Shown piece after piece: positions 62,527 through 64,000 of a stretch of DNA of 64,000 nt; the first letter of the stretch is position 1, and the number at the start of each line of letters is the position of its first letter. Position numbers and translations under genes: made by a program. Origin of the DNA: Isurus oxyrinchus (taxonomy: Eukaryota); the NCBI GenBank assembly GCA_026770705.1, contig JANJGN010000101.1:1240001-1304000 (forward strand), written 5' to 3'. The notes under the pieces were generated by a model. It worked only from the letters and a program-made list of their open reading frames with translations, made no database searches and had not been told where the DNA came from.

Positions 62527-63254
62527 ACATTCAGATTAGACACAAACATTGTCTTCACCAACATTGACACGGAATTAGAATATAAAACATAATGTTCAAG
62601 AATTGGCCATTCGGTTCCTCGAGCATTCTCAGTTACTTAACAAGATCATGTGAAAACTTCAATCATCCTCCGCTTTGTAACATCCAGAAGTTTAGTTACT
62701 GAACAGTCTCCACTCAAAATAAAGAGAGAAATGTCCTGTTAACTGATTTTTTTTTTGCTGCTAGGAAGTAGGAGAAGTAACATGAATAATGTTTGGGCGG
62801 TGAAAATGGGAAACTGAACCACATTGACACACACAGAAAATCACAAATATGCACGTTGTTAAGATTTGAAATTGTGCTTATTTTCACACTGTCTTTCAAT
62901 GTGCAGAAAGTGGAGCTGTGATCAGCTTATATCTCAGAAGATGTACAGCAAGAAGGTACATAACAGGCTGATGCTCACGGCGTCTGTTTGGACTCGGTGA
63001 GCTGCATCTTACGATTGAGACCATTTAAATGTCGTTCAACGAGTCCGGTTCCAAATTCTGTGCTAGAAATGATAAGAAAACTCGCTGAAGTTGCTTATTA
63101 TCTTGAATGCAAAGCATCACATGGGAGATAAGAAAGTTCATCTTAACCATGGTGTTAGGAAACATAAAATGACAGAAAGTTACAGCAAAGAAAAAGGCCA
63201 TTCGGCCCTGTGTGCTGCTTTCAAAGAACAGTGTGACTGGTTGATCTGAATGAT

Positions 63255-63455
63255 ATTCATTGTTTACGAAGAATGGACAAAAAGGAAAATGGGATGGGGT
63301 TGCGCTGTTAATAAGGAACGAGATCGTTACATTGATGAGAGAGGATCTTAGATTGAAGGATCAAGATGTAGAATCAGTTTGGGTAGAGCTAAGAAACAGC
63401 AAGAGACAGCAACCATTGGTGGACATTGCTTATAGGCCGCCAAACTGTAGTGTAG
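63255..63455 (+). mobile_element. CR1 endonuclease fragment
   Basis: KGKWDGVALLIR...ESVWVELRNSK...YRPPN. Confidence 0.75.
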
Positions 63456-64000
63456 TTTACTTTTACAAATTTCACCAAGGATAAGTTTCTTTGACCAAAT
63501 GGTCTGAGTCAGATGAACACAAGCGACGCCTTCAGCCAATGAGAAGAACCATTGCTGTTCGCTGGAACATGAAATCGATACTTTCCTCCTTTAAGCCAAT
63601 TCTTAAACCCTCCCCCTTTGACCGAACTTTTAGTCATCTGACCGATTATGTGGCTCAGTGTCATACTTTGTTATATAATGATTCTGGGGAACGCCTTGTA
63701 ACGTTTCATTAGGTAAAAGGAGCTTTATAAATATAAGTTGTTGTTGTAGTCCATACATAGAAAGAGACAAACTACTCTTTCCTCTTTCATCCTGATATTT
63801 TTCACAGTAATATTGAAATGTGAAGTTGCACAACTAATGTGAATACGGTTTGTACTCCTAAAAATGTGTTCACCTCCTCGGGGAACTGAACCACATTGAC
63901 CCACACAGAGGAATACACTCAGAGGTATACACCGAGAGTGACAGAGGCCTAAGGAAGGACAAATGCCAGAATGAAATAATGTCACCAGATTGGCTCAGTG

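Overview
Eukaryotic, repeat-rich genomic DNA from a cartilaginous fish (shark), with three N-gaps. The centre of the window (about 13.3-34.1 kb, + strand) holds one complete, unrearranged immunoglobulin heavy-chain minilocus in the elasmobranch cluster layout: leader, VH(RSS23), (12)D1(22), (12)D2(12), (23)JH, Cmu1, Cmu2, Cmu3, Cmu4/secretory tail, TM1, TM2. The constant and TM exons and JH are clearly IgM type, and the D segments appear to be too. The leader and VH look IgW type by recalled motif similarity, so this may be a germline IgW-V/IgM-C chimaera. The cluster carries lesions: an in-frame TAG early in Cmu3, a W-to-R change in the JH WGxG motif, and a Penelope-like (PLE) inverted-repeat insertion with a 14-bp target-site duplication between D1 and D2. 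The PLE termini contain minimal hammerhead-ribozyme motifs, including a recurrent non-canonical core. From about 36 kb to the end is a mosaic of direct and inverted segmental duplications carrying a few plausible tRNA genes (Ser-TGA, Asn-GTT) and many decayed copies (Glu, Val, Thr, Leu, Ser, Asn), plus CR1/L2-type LINE fragments and decayed PLEs. Several old tandem arrays (27-, 38- and 60-bp period) and a 3.6-kb CA-rich tract also occur. Family assignments come from motif recognition, not database searches, and repeat boundaries are approximate.
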